Source: Sphyrna mokarran
Lineage: Eukaryota
DNA: 64,000 bases
Assembly: GCA_024679065.1 (NCBI GenBank)
Contig: JAGIQG010000020.1
Span: forward strand, 13,144,001-13,208,000
Direction of reading: 5' to 3'
Both the position numbers and the translations under genes were made by a program. Positions within the stretch are counted from its first letter, which is position 1; every line of letters starts with the position of its first letter. Under the pieces are notes generated by a model that saw only the letters and a program-made list of their open reading frames with translations, was not told where the DNA came from and ran no database searches. Below are positions 12,800 to 24,763 of the stretch, piece by piece.

Positions 12800-13355
12800 T
12801 AGGAATAGAAAGTAGAAGCAAGAGTCAGCTATTCGGCCCTTTTCTTTACATGGGACTTTTTCCATCCATCACGATCGCGGCTGACCACCAAATTCAATAT
12901 CCAGGTCCCTGCTTCACCCTCATACCCCTTTAGCCCCAAGAGTGATATCTAATTTCTTCTTGAAATCACCTGATGTTTTGATTTCAACTACTTTCTGTGG
13001 TAGTGAATTCCACACCACTCCCCTGGGTGAAGAGATTTCTCCTCATCCCATTTCTAAAAGGTTTACCCCTTATCTTCAAACTATGATCCCTAGTTCTGGA
13101 CTCCCTCGCTATTGGGGACATTCAATCTGAATCGACCCTGTCTAATCCTGTTAGAATTTTACAAGTTTCGATGAGATCCCATCTCAGTCTTCTAAACACC
13201 AATGATTACAATCCTAACCGACTTAGTCTCTCCTCATATGACAGATTTGCCATTCCCGGAAATCAGCCTGGTAAACCTTCGCTGTACTTCCTCTACAGCA
13301 AGGACAGCCTTCCACTGATGAGATCTCCAAAACTGCACACAATACCAGGCCTCAA
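12800..13355 (-). mobile_element. Decayed CR1 LINE 3' fragment
   Basis: Reverse-strand similarity to the CR1 3' copies at 44680-45220 and 43345-43870. Confidence 0.75.
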
Positions 13356-16300
13356 CTGTTGAATGCAATATTGCTGAACATTTCTCAAGACATGTGTGGA
13401 AATGTTAGTATTACTTAATAACACAAAATCTGGAACAGAATTGAGTTTTAAGCATTCAACTCCATAAGCCATTTTTACTATTAGCTGAGGTCCCTTGATG
13501 TTTTGGTGATCTTTGTCTGAAAATTTCAGGCAGAGAAACAGGGAAAGAGAGGACAATTCCCCATAGCAGACAAACAATACATAAAACAGTGGCTGCAATT
13601 TTCCTGTCCCACTCACCATGGGAATTGTAGTGGGTGGACATGGACCATGCGAAGATTTGTTGACCATGGGTGGGATTTTCCGGCCTTGGGGTGAGTGCGG
13701 TAGAAGAATCCCACCCAGTATCTTTTAGCCATACTATAATATATATGCAGCTTTACCATGGCTTTGAATCCAATTCAAAAGCACACACACAATAGTACTA
13801 TTTCACCGGGTACCCATGCTTATGTTAGAAATATTGTGCTATTGATGAATACCACTTACTCTTCTTAGGCAAGGGGATCAAATGTTATTTGGGGGTAATG
13901 AGAATGTGGAATTAGAAACACAAACAGATCAGCCATGATCTTATGGAATGGCAGAGCAGACTCAAGGGGCCAAATGTCCTCCTCCTGCTCTTAGTTCGTA
14001 TGTACGTAACTGCAGAGTACACAACTCCTGAGTGACATGTGGTCACAAAACAAACCCCAATTTACTGATAAAGATCTTGACAGAGGGCTTGAGTACATGT
14101 ATGTCTTATATGATGTCCTATAGTCAAACAAGAACTTCCTCAAAGTCCTTCACAATGAATGAGTGACTTGTGAAAATCAGTCACTGTGCCAACCATGCTT
14201 ACACATTAAGATTCCATACACACGAAAACCCAGTTACTTTTGGCCGGTATACTTGCAGAATTTCTTCTTCTTTACATGGGACTTTTTATGTCTGGCTAAA
14301 CAAATTCATGAGGGAATCCCAATTCAATGTCTTGTCCAGAAAGGACACAAGTAAGCAATGAGGATAGCTATGAGTTTGCCTCGTATGTTGATAAGCAATT
14401 TTGTCCAGCAAAGATATCGATTCTTGACAATTGCCATTGTTGTTTAGTATTCGTAATGTAGATTGAACTAGCAACCTGCGGCAATTATGACATCATGGAA
14501 AATAAACCTAGCAGGAAGCTCGACAAGCAAGCCCAGAAAGGTTAACCTAGGGGTTGAGTGAAAAATATGGTAACAATGGCTTTAAGCACTTAGCACACAG
14601 GGATGCAAGATGAAACCTTTTGAAATATTGAGAATGCATTGTACTTTGAAACAGTTATGAATACGTAACCTCTGCTTAGTTTAATAACCTAGTTCTGAAA
14701 CCAGTTAAACAGAAACAAATGCTGTTATCATCTCAGATGTTCTGAGAAATGATTAGGATGATGACAGAATGATGGTTTCTGTGGAATGACAACAGTTTAT
14801 TCTAAATGATGTATCATCCACACACCACTGGAGTTTTCAGGCTTTGAAAGCACTTTCATGTTTATAAAATTGTTTCTTCCATCAGAGCAAATAATCTATC
14901 CCAAAAACAATGTTCTTAATCATTCCTTTAAGGACTGTAGTGAAAAATGCAGTTCTTCCGAATGCCACATTCATCCCTTCTTTCTCATGTGCATGGTTAC
15001 AGGGAAAGGATGGGAAAAAGACGGGGAAATGGAACTAGATGAGTTACTCAGAGAGCTAGTACAGACATTGTGGACCAAATGGCCTCCTGTGCTGTAACAG
15101 TTGTGATTCTGTGACTAATTGATGACTCCACAGACTGGTTTAAGGCACTTTCCTTAGAAAATTAAAAATGGTGGTATTTAGTTTGATATCAAATGCCTTG
15201 TTTTTACTTTGCAATTATTTCATTGTTAACTTACTAACAGTTACCTTCTCAAGGCTCTGCACTCCACGGACATACTTCAAGTCTTCTAAACTGCCCATCA
15301 CTTAGTAAAGAATGGGAGACAAATGAGAACAGCACAAGGTGGGTGGGTGGGGGTATTGGGCATGAAGAAATGTGAGACTAATGCTGAGGTGTGGGAAGTA
15401 GCTGGGTTAGAGCTGAAGAGGACGGTGCTACGCTCACCAACTGCAACCCAATTTCAATAGTAGGGAAGCCTCTAGAGAGGATCATTTGAAACAAAAATTA
15501 ATTGGCATTTGGAAAAATATCAGCATGAGTTTGTTAGAAGTGAGCTATATTTGTTTAAGTACTTATTGCTCCCAATAAGGTGGATAAGATTAGTGTGATT
15601 ATTGTCCTGTATATGGATTTTCAAAAGACACTTGACAAAGTACATTATCACATTGACTTGTCAACAAGAATAAAATCTATGGGATTGAAGAGACAGTGGT
15701 TGAGCGGATACAAGACTGGTGCAGTGACAGGGTACATTGATGAAGTGCTTTTGTAATCTGAAATGCATTGGTATTCTTAGGAATTGGTGTAAGGGTCACT
15801 GTCCTTTCTGATAATTGTCGGTGATCTGGATTTGGATATACAGGGCAATAATTTCAAAGTTGCAGGCGATAGGGAACAGTAAAATATGGTAAATGATGAG
15901 AAGGATAACAATAAACATCAGGAGGCAAAATGGCAGACTCCTGAAATTTTAACAGAAAAACATGATAAATATTTTGCTGAGAAGAAGGTAAGGCACAATT
16001 TTAAATAGGGTGTGGAGTTGTGGGAATGAATGCACACAAATTCTTGAAGGCAATTTAAAAATCATAATATTAAAGGCTGCCTTTCAGTCCATCAAGAAGC
16101 ATGTCCAAAAGATGTGCTGATTAGGTGCTTTGGCATGCTATAGAGTTATAGAATTCTATAGTGCAGAAGGAAAACATTCAGCCCATGGATCCTGCACTGA
16201 CCACAATCCCACCCAGGCCCATTTCCATAACCCCATGCATTTAACCTAGTTAATCCCCCTTATACTAAGCGCAATTTAGCATAGCCAGTCCACCTAACCC

Positions 16301-16474
16301 GCACATCTTTGGACTGTGGGAGGAAATCAGAACACCCAGAGGAAACACACAGACATGGGGAGAATATGCCGACTCCACACAGACAGTGACCCACGGGGAA
16401 AATTAAACCCAGGTCCCAGGTGCTGTGAAGCAACAGTGTTAACCACTGTGTCACCATGCTACCTGATTTGCAGG

Positions 16475-17655
16475 CTGGAACACTAGTTCGCACTGCTGCC
16501 CCACTGTGTAAGGGATCTGGGATCGATGCCTGGCTTTGGGTCATTGTCTGTGTGAATTGTGCACATTCAACCCTAAACCTCACCCTAACTCTGACCCTAA
16601 CCCTAACCCGAACCCCAACTCTAATCCCAAACCTAACCTGAATCCGAACCCCAACCCTAACACCAATCCTAACTCTAACCCTATCTCTAACCCTAACCCC
16701 AACCCACATTCAACCCTAACCCAAACCGTAACCCTAACCCACATTCAACCCTAACCCTAACTCCAACCTTAACCCCAAACCTAACCCTAACCGTAATCCC
16801 AACTCTAACCCCAAACTCTAAACCTAACCCTAACCGCAACCCCAACCCTAACTCATATTCAACCCTAACCTGACTCCAACACTAACCCTAACCCGAAACA
16901 TTATCTCAACCCCAACCCACATTCAACCCTAACCCCAAACCCAACTCTGACCCTAGACCTAACCCACATTCAACCCTAACCTTTACCCTAACACCAACCC
17001 CAACCCTAATCCTAATCCACATTTAACCCTAACCCTAATCTTAACCCCAACCTCAACCCCAACCATAACCCTAACTCACATTCAATCCTAACCCTAATTC
17101 TGATGCCAACCCCAACCCTCAAACCTAACCCTAATCCTAACCTACATTCAACCCCCACCGTAACAGCAACCCCAACCCACATTCAACTTTAATTCTAACC
17201 CTAACCGTAATCGCAACCCTAATCCCACTCCAACCCCAACCCTAACCTACATTCAACCCTAACCTTAACCTCAACTCCAACCCGAACCCCCATACAAACC
17301 CCACCCCAATGCCAAACCCAACCCACATTCAATCCTAACCCACATTCAACCCTAACTCTAACCCTAAACCCAATCCTAACCCTAACCCCAACCACAAGCT
17401 CAACCCTACCTCCAACCCTAACCCACATTGAACCCTAACCCTAACCCCAACACCTACCTGACCCTAACCCACATTCAACCCTAAGCGTGCTCCAACTACC
17501 TCCCACAGTCTGAAAGACATGCTGGTTAGGTGCATTGGCCATGCTAAATTCTTCCTCGATGTATCTGAACGAATGCCGGAGTGGGGTGATCAAGGGTAAC
17601 TTCATTCCAGTGTTAATGTAAGCCTACTTGTGACACTAGTAAACTTAATAAAAAA
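16475..17655 (+). mobile_element. HE1/V-SINE-like SINE split by the telomere-like array
   Basis: 5' half (gcactgctgcc...gggtcattgtctgtgtgaattgtgcacatt) precedes the array. 3' half (gtgctcc...cctcccacagtctgaaagacatgctggttagg...gcctacttgtgacac) follows it. Confidence 0.85.
16569..17484. repeat. Degenerate interstitial telomere-like (CCCTAA)n array, about 0.9 kb
   Basis: Continuous CCCTAA/CCCCAA/CTCTAA hexamers with a recurring CACATTCAACCCTAA motif. Confidence 0.95.
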
Positions 17656-17849
17656 AATGAAGAATTCATGGAGGAGAACAGAAAAACAAGGGAGTTATAC
17701 TAAATCTTTATGAAGCACTGCTTAATTCTCAGCTGGACTGCATATGTCAGAAGGACGTCAAGCCTTCAGTGAGCGTCATCGACCTGCTGCAAAAGACCTG
17801 CAGTGCCTGGGCTTGGGCTAAAGGTAAACTTCACTCAACAAGCTGGAGA

Positions 17850-18194
17850 TCCAAGCCCCGCCCAGCAACAGGCCCCGCCCACGCAGTCCGCCCCCCCCCA
17901 AGCCCCGCCCACACGGCCCAGCCAGCAACAAACCACGCCCGCCCAGCCAGCCGCAGCTGAGCAACAGGCCCCGCCCACCTTCTTTATCTACATTTAGCCG
18001 CATAAATTAAAAAGATTCACATCTTCACATCCGATATCAGTACTGCAGTTACAAAACAAAACAACGGAATTTTGGAATTTCTAACAATAAAAGTATAACC
18101 GCAAAATTTACATCAAAAAAATACGATGCAACAATTCCCACATAATATGAGTATAAAATGTAGGCGAATTGGATCATTTATAAAGCATTTAGAC
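17850..18194 (+). promoter_or_regulatory. Putative type-3 (U6-like) RNA polymerase III promoter A
   Basis: Cluster of CCCGCCC GC boxes 17856-17975, octamer-like atctacat near 17986, TATAAAATGTAG at 18152 in the PSE position, and TTTATAAAGCATT at 18177 just before the N-run. Confidence 0.55.
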
Positions 18195-18328
18195 NNNNNN
18201 NNNNNNNNNNNNNNNNNNNNNNNNNNNNNNNNNNNNNNNNNNNNNNNNNNNNNNNNNNNNNNNNNNNNNNNNNNNNNNNNNNNNNNNNNNNNNNNNNNNN
18301 NNNNNNNNNNNNNNNNNNNNNNNNNNNN
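18195..18328 (+). ncRNA. 134-nt N-run; inferred hidden small Pol III RNA gene (U6 snRNA-like size), sequence not visible
   Basis: Only the flanks are visible. The Ns start 16 nt after the TATA, and the same layout recurs at 27704. Confidence 0.45.
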
Positions 18329-19049
18329 AACATTTCACCTTCTGCGAAACACCCACATTTTCCTTTGTTTCAAACTCCAGTTAGCACATAGATTCAACAT
18401 CTTTATTCAGCTCCTCTCCCACTTCACTCTATTCAAACTTTTAACTCCACAACCTTATCAAAGGTTCAGACTTGACTCTTAAATGGGAGCATTTAATACG
18501 TCTAAAACATTAATTCTTCACTTCTTCCTGATACATCTAAAGCAAAACATGACAGATGCTGCGAATTGAGAAGAAAAACACAAAATGCTGGGGAAGCTGG
18601 TAGAAGTGAAAAGCTGCTGGACACCAAGGCTGTGGGTCAAGTCTTCTGCTGGAAAAGAGTATTTTCAAATGGGTTGACTCCAGTTCATGAAAGGGTGGAA
18701 TGGGGGATGGGGAAGGGGCAGGGAAATGGTGAATGATGTCAATGATGTGACCCAAGATGTGAAATAAGCTTTGGAAAGACAGGAAGAGCTGGAAGGCACC
18801 TTACACAAAAGCAGGAGAAAACAATCCCAGTGTTGGTGTATTGGATGTGGAGATGAGAGGTTGTGTGTGACCGGGTTAGGGAGTTCAGTGTGTTTGTGTG
18901 GAGCTAGGAAAGCTGGACTTACTTTTTGAATTTGGTTGTTGGGTTTCCTGCTTAGAAAGGATAGCAGAACTAGAGGGCACAGCCTCAAAATAAGGGGGGA
19001 GAGAGGGAATGCAGTTTACATCGGAGTTAAGGAGGAACTTCTTAAAGAA

Positions 19050-19365
19050 CAAAGAACAAAATAGCACGGGAAACAGGCCCTTCGGCCCAACGAGCCTGTG
19101 CCGCCACCCCGATGTTCCCACCTCTACCCGTGGTCCCTGTCTATGTTTATAGATCTATGGATTGAAAACCAAATTTGAGACTATTTAGGGAGAATTTGTT
19201 TTGCCAATTAGCCTAAGAGCACATCTTTGGGATGTGGGAGGAAACCGCAGCACCTGGAGAAAACCCACGCAAGCATGGGGAGAATGCGCAAACTCCCACA
19301 GACACAGGCCCAAATCCATGTATGTGCACAGCACAGCGATAGTCACTGAGCTGTCGTGTTGCCCA
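19050..19365 (-). mobile_element. HE1-like SINE of a third subfamily; closely similar partial copy at about 58093-58283
   Basis: About 190 nt are shared with 58093-58283 (ggaaacaggcccttcggccca...ctatgtttatagatctatggatt...aagagcacatctttgggatgtgg). Confidence 0.8.
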
Positions 19366-19529
19366 TCAAATGGTCCAGGTCACGCGTACACTAACGACGT
19401 CAAGCACTAGGATACTCTCGAAAAAAAAATCCAAGAGCAGCCCTCTCACGACCCATCTCGTGTATGCCCCTTGTAAGACAACAAGGTGGACCAAAGCACC
19501 TGTAGGATAAAAACAAGTACATCAATATC

Positions 19530-19775
19530 ATTCACTCAAAGGCTGGTGAGTCTCTGGAATTCTCTGCCCGTTGAAGTGGTGGAGGCTACCTCGCTGAATA
19601 TATTTAAGTCACGGGTAGATAGGTTTCTAATAGACAAAGGAATTAAGGATTATGGGGAGAAAGCAGGAAAGTGGAACTGATCGACTTCAGATCAGCCATG
19701 ATCTTGTTGAATGGCAGGGCAGGCTCGAAGGGCTGGATGGCCTACTCCTGCTCCTATTTCTTATGTTCTTATATG
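19530..19775 (+). mobile_element. CR1 LINE 3' end
   Basis: FTQRLVSLWNSLPVEVVEATSLNIFKSRVDRFL followed by the CR1 3' UTR and a cttatgtt repeat tail. Confidence 0.9.
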
Positions 19776-22700
19776 TTCAGATATGGCCCTATGGTTGGAT
19801 GAAGTACACTAAATTTCATTTTGTGATGGTCTGTTTGCTTCAAACTCCAGCCAGCGCACATCCTTATTTCTTAATTCTCATTCTTTTTCTGTATCAATGT
19901 TTGGAAATCCCAAAATAGAAAATCTAATGTAATGCAAGGGTAAAACCATGATCAAGCAGCTGATTTGCCCAGGACGAGGCTATTCCATTGCACTGTGGGT
20001 ATGCTGATGCCTGCGATGTCCCCAAATGCGGGATACTCAAATTCTGGGGCATGATTTGTTTAGCTTACTAGTGTGTGACAGAAAGTAAACAAATAGTTGA
20101 AGAAATCACTGCAGGATACAAAAGTCTTGTCAACATTGAGGATTCATGAGGCACTGGTCTTCACCTGGAAATTCTGCTTGCTGCAGCAACACCTATGCTA
20201 AAGCTGGAACAATACAAAGAGGTCTTGCTTAAAAAAAGATAGTCGATGTTGAAACTTTCTGTATTGCACTCATCATGGCAATTTGCAAGAACATATCCAT
20301 GGTCAAGTTTTTCATTGGTGTCACAAATAGGCTTACATTAACACTGCAATAAAGTTACTGTGAAAATCCCCTAGTTGCCACACTTTGGCACCTGTTGGAG
20401 TATACTGAGGGAGAATTTATCGTGGCCAATGCACCTAACCAGCACATACTGGGATCAACGACAACTTTATACTTTGTAGAAGAGAGATCTGATGGATTGG
20501 CAAGTGGATTCACATTGATAGAGAATGGTCATCATGGAGAATGCAGCAGTTGACGTTTACTGACAGTTCCTGCTGGCTTGCCTTAATTAATTCACACATC
20601 TCCAACTGAGTATTCATATTGCTCCATATTATAATTTCTAAAAGATTTCCCACCACCAAGGTAAAATTGGCTGGCCTGTAGTTGCTCAGTGTATCCTCAC
20701 ACCACTTACTGAAAAAGGGTGTCACATTAGCAATTTTTCCATCCTCCAGCATCACACGTTGGTCCTTTTTTAAGGTCAAACCAAATAAACAAACTCAAAT
20801 TAAATAAGGCAAAGGGGCAGCTCCCCAGAAGGAAGGGGAACAGCCCGAACAAAAACAAATTATAAAGGAAACTTAGAAATGTCAAATTAAAATGTGATTA
20901 TTAGGATCGATAATGCACCCCAGGCCATGCGGTGCCCAACAGCATCACACACTGGTATCTCAGCAGAATTGGATGAATATGGCCAGCTCCTCCTCAATTT
21001 TCACATTTACTTCCCGCAGTAACTCAAATGCAACTCAACTGGTCCTGGTAACCTCTCCACATTAAGTAGTCAGTTGTTTTAATACATTCTTTTAATTAAT
21101 ATTAGTCCATCTAATAACTCAAGCATTTCCTGTTTCACTACAACTTAGGCAACATCTTTTTTCTTGATAAAGATAGATAAAGTATTCATTAGTTTCTCAG
21201 CTACATGCTTCACTTTCACGCATAAATTCTCTATTTGGTCCCTAATCAGCTCCCCTCACCCTTCTTTACTGCAAAAGATGAGACTGAAACATTTTCAAAT
21301 ATTTTTAGACGGAAGTACTGAGTGGATGATCCATCTTGGCTGCCTCTTGATGATCACAGAAGCCAGTATTCAGCCAATCTGACTGACTCCAAGTGATATC
21401 AAGAAATGACTGAATGCTTTGGACTATGGACCCTAACAAAGTCCTAGCTGTAGTACTAAAAATTTGTCCTGTAGAGCTAGCTGCACCTCCAGCCAAGTCA
21501 TTCCAGAGGTTTCAATCCTGAAATCTGCCTCACACAGTGGAAAAATCATTCCAATATGTCTGAGTCACAAAAAGCAAGACAAATCTATTCCAACCTATTG
21601 CCACCACATCAGATCATAATAAAGGAGTAGGCTATTTGGCCTTTTGAGCCAGCTCCAACATTCAATAAGATCGTATCTGATCTTCTTACTGCATACTTTT
21701 CCATTCTATCCCTTCATTCCTCGATTTCCTTAGTATCCAAAAATCTATCGATATTTACTTTTATAATACTCAAGCCACTTTCATCCACAGCTCTCTGTAT
21801 ATTCAGGAAGAAAATTCTCCTCATCTCACTCATCAATAACTCATGTCTTACTCTTGAGTCGTTGGGTCAAAATACTAATGGCATTGTGGGCCATCCCACA
21901 GCACAGGGACTTCTGCATTTCAAGAAGGCAGCTTACCAACATCTTCTCAAGGGTAACTAGGGATGGGCAATAAATACTGGACAGCCAGCAATGCCCATGT
22001 CTGATAAATGAGTTAAAAAATTGTAACCCCTAGTTTTAGACTTGGGAAATTATAATTTGCCTTTCTCAAACTTCTCTTAATTATCAGCAGAAAATCGAAG
22101 GATCATTGGCAATGCTATCAAACGGCATTTAATCACCAATAATCTGGACATGGGTGTCCAGTTTGGATTTCACAAGGACCATTCAGAATTTAGAATAGTT
22201 TGAAATCTTAAATCAGAAATGGCAATAAGAGTTGAATGACTGCCCTTTATATCAAGGCAGCATTTGACTGTGTCATCGAGGAGACCTATTAAAACTGAAG
22301 TTGATGTGAGCTGTGGGCCTCTTCACTAGCTGAACTCATACCTAGCATTAAAAAAAATGGATGTTGAAGATCTCAGCCTCAGGACTTCACTTGAGGAGTT
22401 CCACAGTGCAGCGTCCCAGATTCAACCATCTTCAGTTGCTTTCTTAAATATCCTCACTTATTATCAGGTCAGAAGTGGGGATGTTCATTGATTAATGCAG
22501 TACTCATCTTCAGTCGTAATACTTTAGATCAAGATGACATCCAATTTTATTCATCACTTTAAACATTTGCTTCTTCTTTCACCAGTGCACAAGGCCACAA
22601 TGTGTATCATCCATGTGATGAATCGCAGCAACTCATCATGCAGTCGTCAATGGAATCAGGGACCTCTATGGCCCCCAAGAAGGGAGGCAGTTGCATGGGA

Positions 22701-24175
22701 TCACCATTATCTCCAAGTTCCTCTCCAAGGCATACATCATCCTGAATGGAAATATATTATCGCTTATCCTCGTTGTGTCAAGGTCCTAAAAGCATCTTGG
22801 GAGTACCTTCAGTAAACTGACTGCGCAATTCAAGGGGACAGGTCACCACCACCATCTCCATGGATATGAATGGTGGGTCACAAAGGTTGGCCTTGCCTGA
22901 AAAGTCCACATCTCATGAAAGCATAAGGTAGGGCAGGCACTGATTGAAGAAGTAAATTAACCAGTCAACCATAATTCCTCTGTGGCGCTGGATCACCATT
23001 CAGAGGTCCCCCCAAAGACTAACCAGTCCTTTAGATACTAAGAGGACTCCTGTACATTCCAGACTTTCCAAATAGTATTACTGCACAGTATTTTATTACA
23101 GATTATTACTGCATCACAAAAACTTAGTCTTAATTATAGGTACTGTATAAAAGTGGGCAGCTGGAAACACATTATACTTGTGTATTTGTAAAAACAGTTC
23201 CAGACTTATCAATGTCATTACTCTGTTTTAATAATACACAATTATCATCATTCTAAGATGTGCTGCAACTTATTAAGCCTAGCCATGTAAAATTAATATA
23301 CCTTAAGAACTGAATACAATGTTCAGATATATATGTCTTAATTTGGATCACAAGTAGTGCTTTGAGCATGTTCTTCATACACATAGAATCCCAACTGTTC
23401 AGAAGAAGGTCATTTGGCCCATCAAGTCTGCACTGATCACAATCCCACCCAGGCCCTGTTCCCATAACCCCATTCATTTATCCCAGCTAGTCCCCCTGTC
23501 ACTAAGGGGCAATTTAGCATGGCCAATTCACCTAACCCGCATATCTTTGAAGGGTGGGAAGAAACCACAGCACCCAGGGGAAACCTATGCAGGCACAAGA
23601 ACATGCAAACTCCACACAGACAGTGACCCAAGCTGGGAATTGAAGCCAATACTGTGAAGTAGCAGTGCTAACCATTGTGCCACCCCATGGATTGCATCCT
23701 CCCAATGCAGCAAATTATCCAAAGACAGCACATCCATTGGAAGCAGAAATACATTATGATGGCAGCTTTTCCTCCTGAATCCTAGGGCAATTCAAATTAA
23801 TAACTGACCAGCAGCAAAGCTAGAGGAAAAGCTCAGCAGCGGCCAGGACTGAAGCAGAAGGGAGATGTTCCATTTAAATATCATCCCACTGGTTGACAGA
23901 ACAAGAGTTGATGACAGTGAGATGAAATGAGTGTAGTGGAGAGAAGATATCTACCGACCGCATATATTATAAAGAACAGTATTTTGGTCTACACCAGTTT
24001 TGTGAAGTTGTACCTTATCTTACATGAGAGTCATAGAACCTTTGGGACAAGTTATGCATGGTACCTAAAATAATGTTATCTTATCCAGGGATGCTTTTGG
24101 AGGCAAACACGTATAGACCTAACATACAGCATAAAGGTGCCAAGAAAATAAACATTATTCATTGGATGTACAGTA

Positions 24176-24763
24176 TCAACAGGGGACCATTCCTCTTGTT
24201 TCTTTTTCATATATGTCTGGGACAACTCCCAGTGGTGACATCACCATTTTGATGCTTGTTTTTCCAAAGAGTCCATCTTCATACTCAATCAGCTGCTTCC
24301 AGAATCCGTTGTTGGGCCTAATTATAGGTCTGCATGCCCTCAACCAGGCATGAGCCTCGAGCAGTGACATTTGGTGATATTTCATGAGGTAAGCAAGGCA
24401 CAAAGTGGCAGATCTGCTTACTCCTGCAACACAGTGCAGCAGTGTTCATCCACGCAATTTTTCAACAAATTGGATTTTGTCCGCCACCACATCAAAGTAC
24501 TCGCTTAACTGCGCGCTGGGAGAATCTGCAACAGGAATGCTCATATACTCCAAGTCGGGAAACATAGGACTGATCACCCCTGGGGTCACACTGATTACAT
24601 ATGTGACTCCACTGGTCTGCAAGAGACTTTGGCTGTGTGAAGCAACGGCATTGCTTAAATACAAACTGCGTGTGATCAGAGCCAGGCCTGAGAGTCTTGG
24701 TGTCGGCTGGACAGAGTGAAGTGATGAAATGTTTTTCCACGTTGAGTGGGGACTCAAATCCAT
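24176..24763 (-). pseudogene. DUSP18: DUSP18-like atypical dual-specificity phosphatase, single coding exon with one in-frame TGA (nonsense allele, young pseudogene or base error)
   Basis: ORFs 24446..24763 and 24176..24403 are in one frame and join through ...[55 protein letters not shown]..., giving 195 codons plus the final stop. VADSP acid loop and HCxxGxSRS motif are intact. Diagnostic residues fit DUSP18 better than DUSP14. A polypyrimidine/AG acceptor precedes 24808 on the - strand. Confidence 0.85.

Noticed and set aside
16260-17428. RV-rich and NP-rich ORFs
   Set aside because: Translation of the telomere-like hexamer array.
23750-24175. SECIS element that would make the DUSP TGA a selenocysteine codon
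   Set aside because: No convincing AUGA...AA...GA stem-loop found by eye, and the TGA aligns to Arg rather than Cys. A SECISearch run would settle it.
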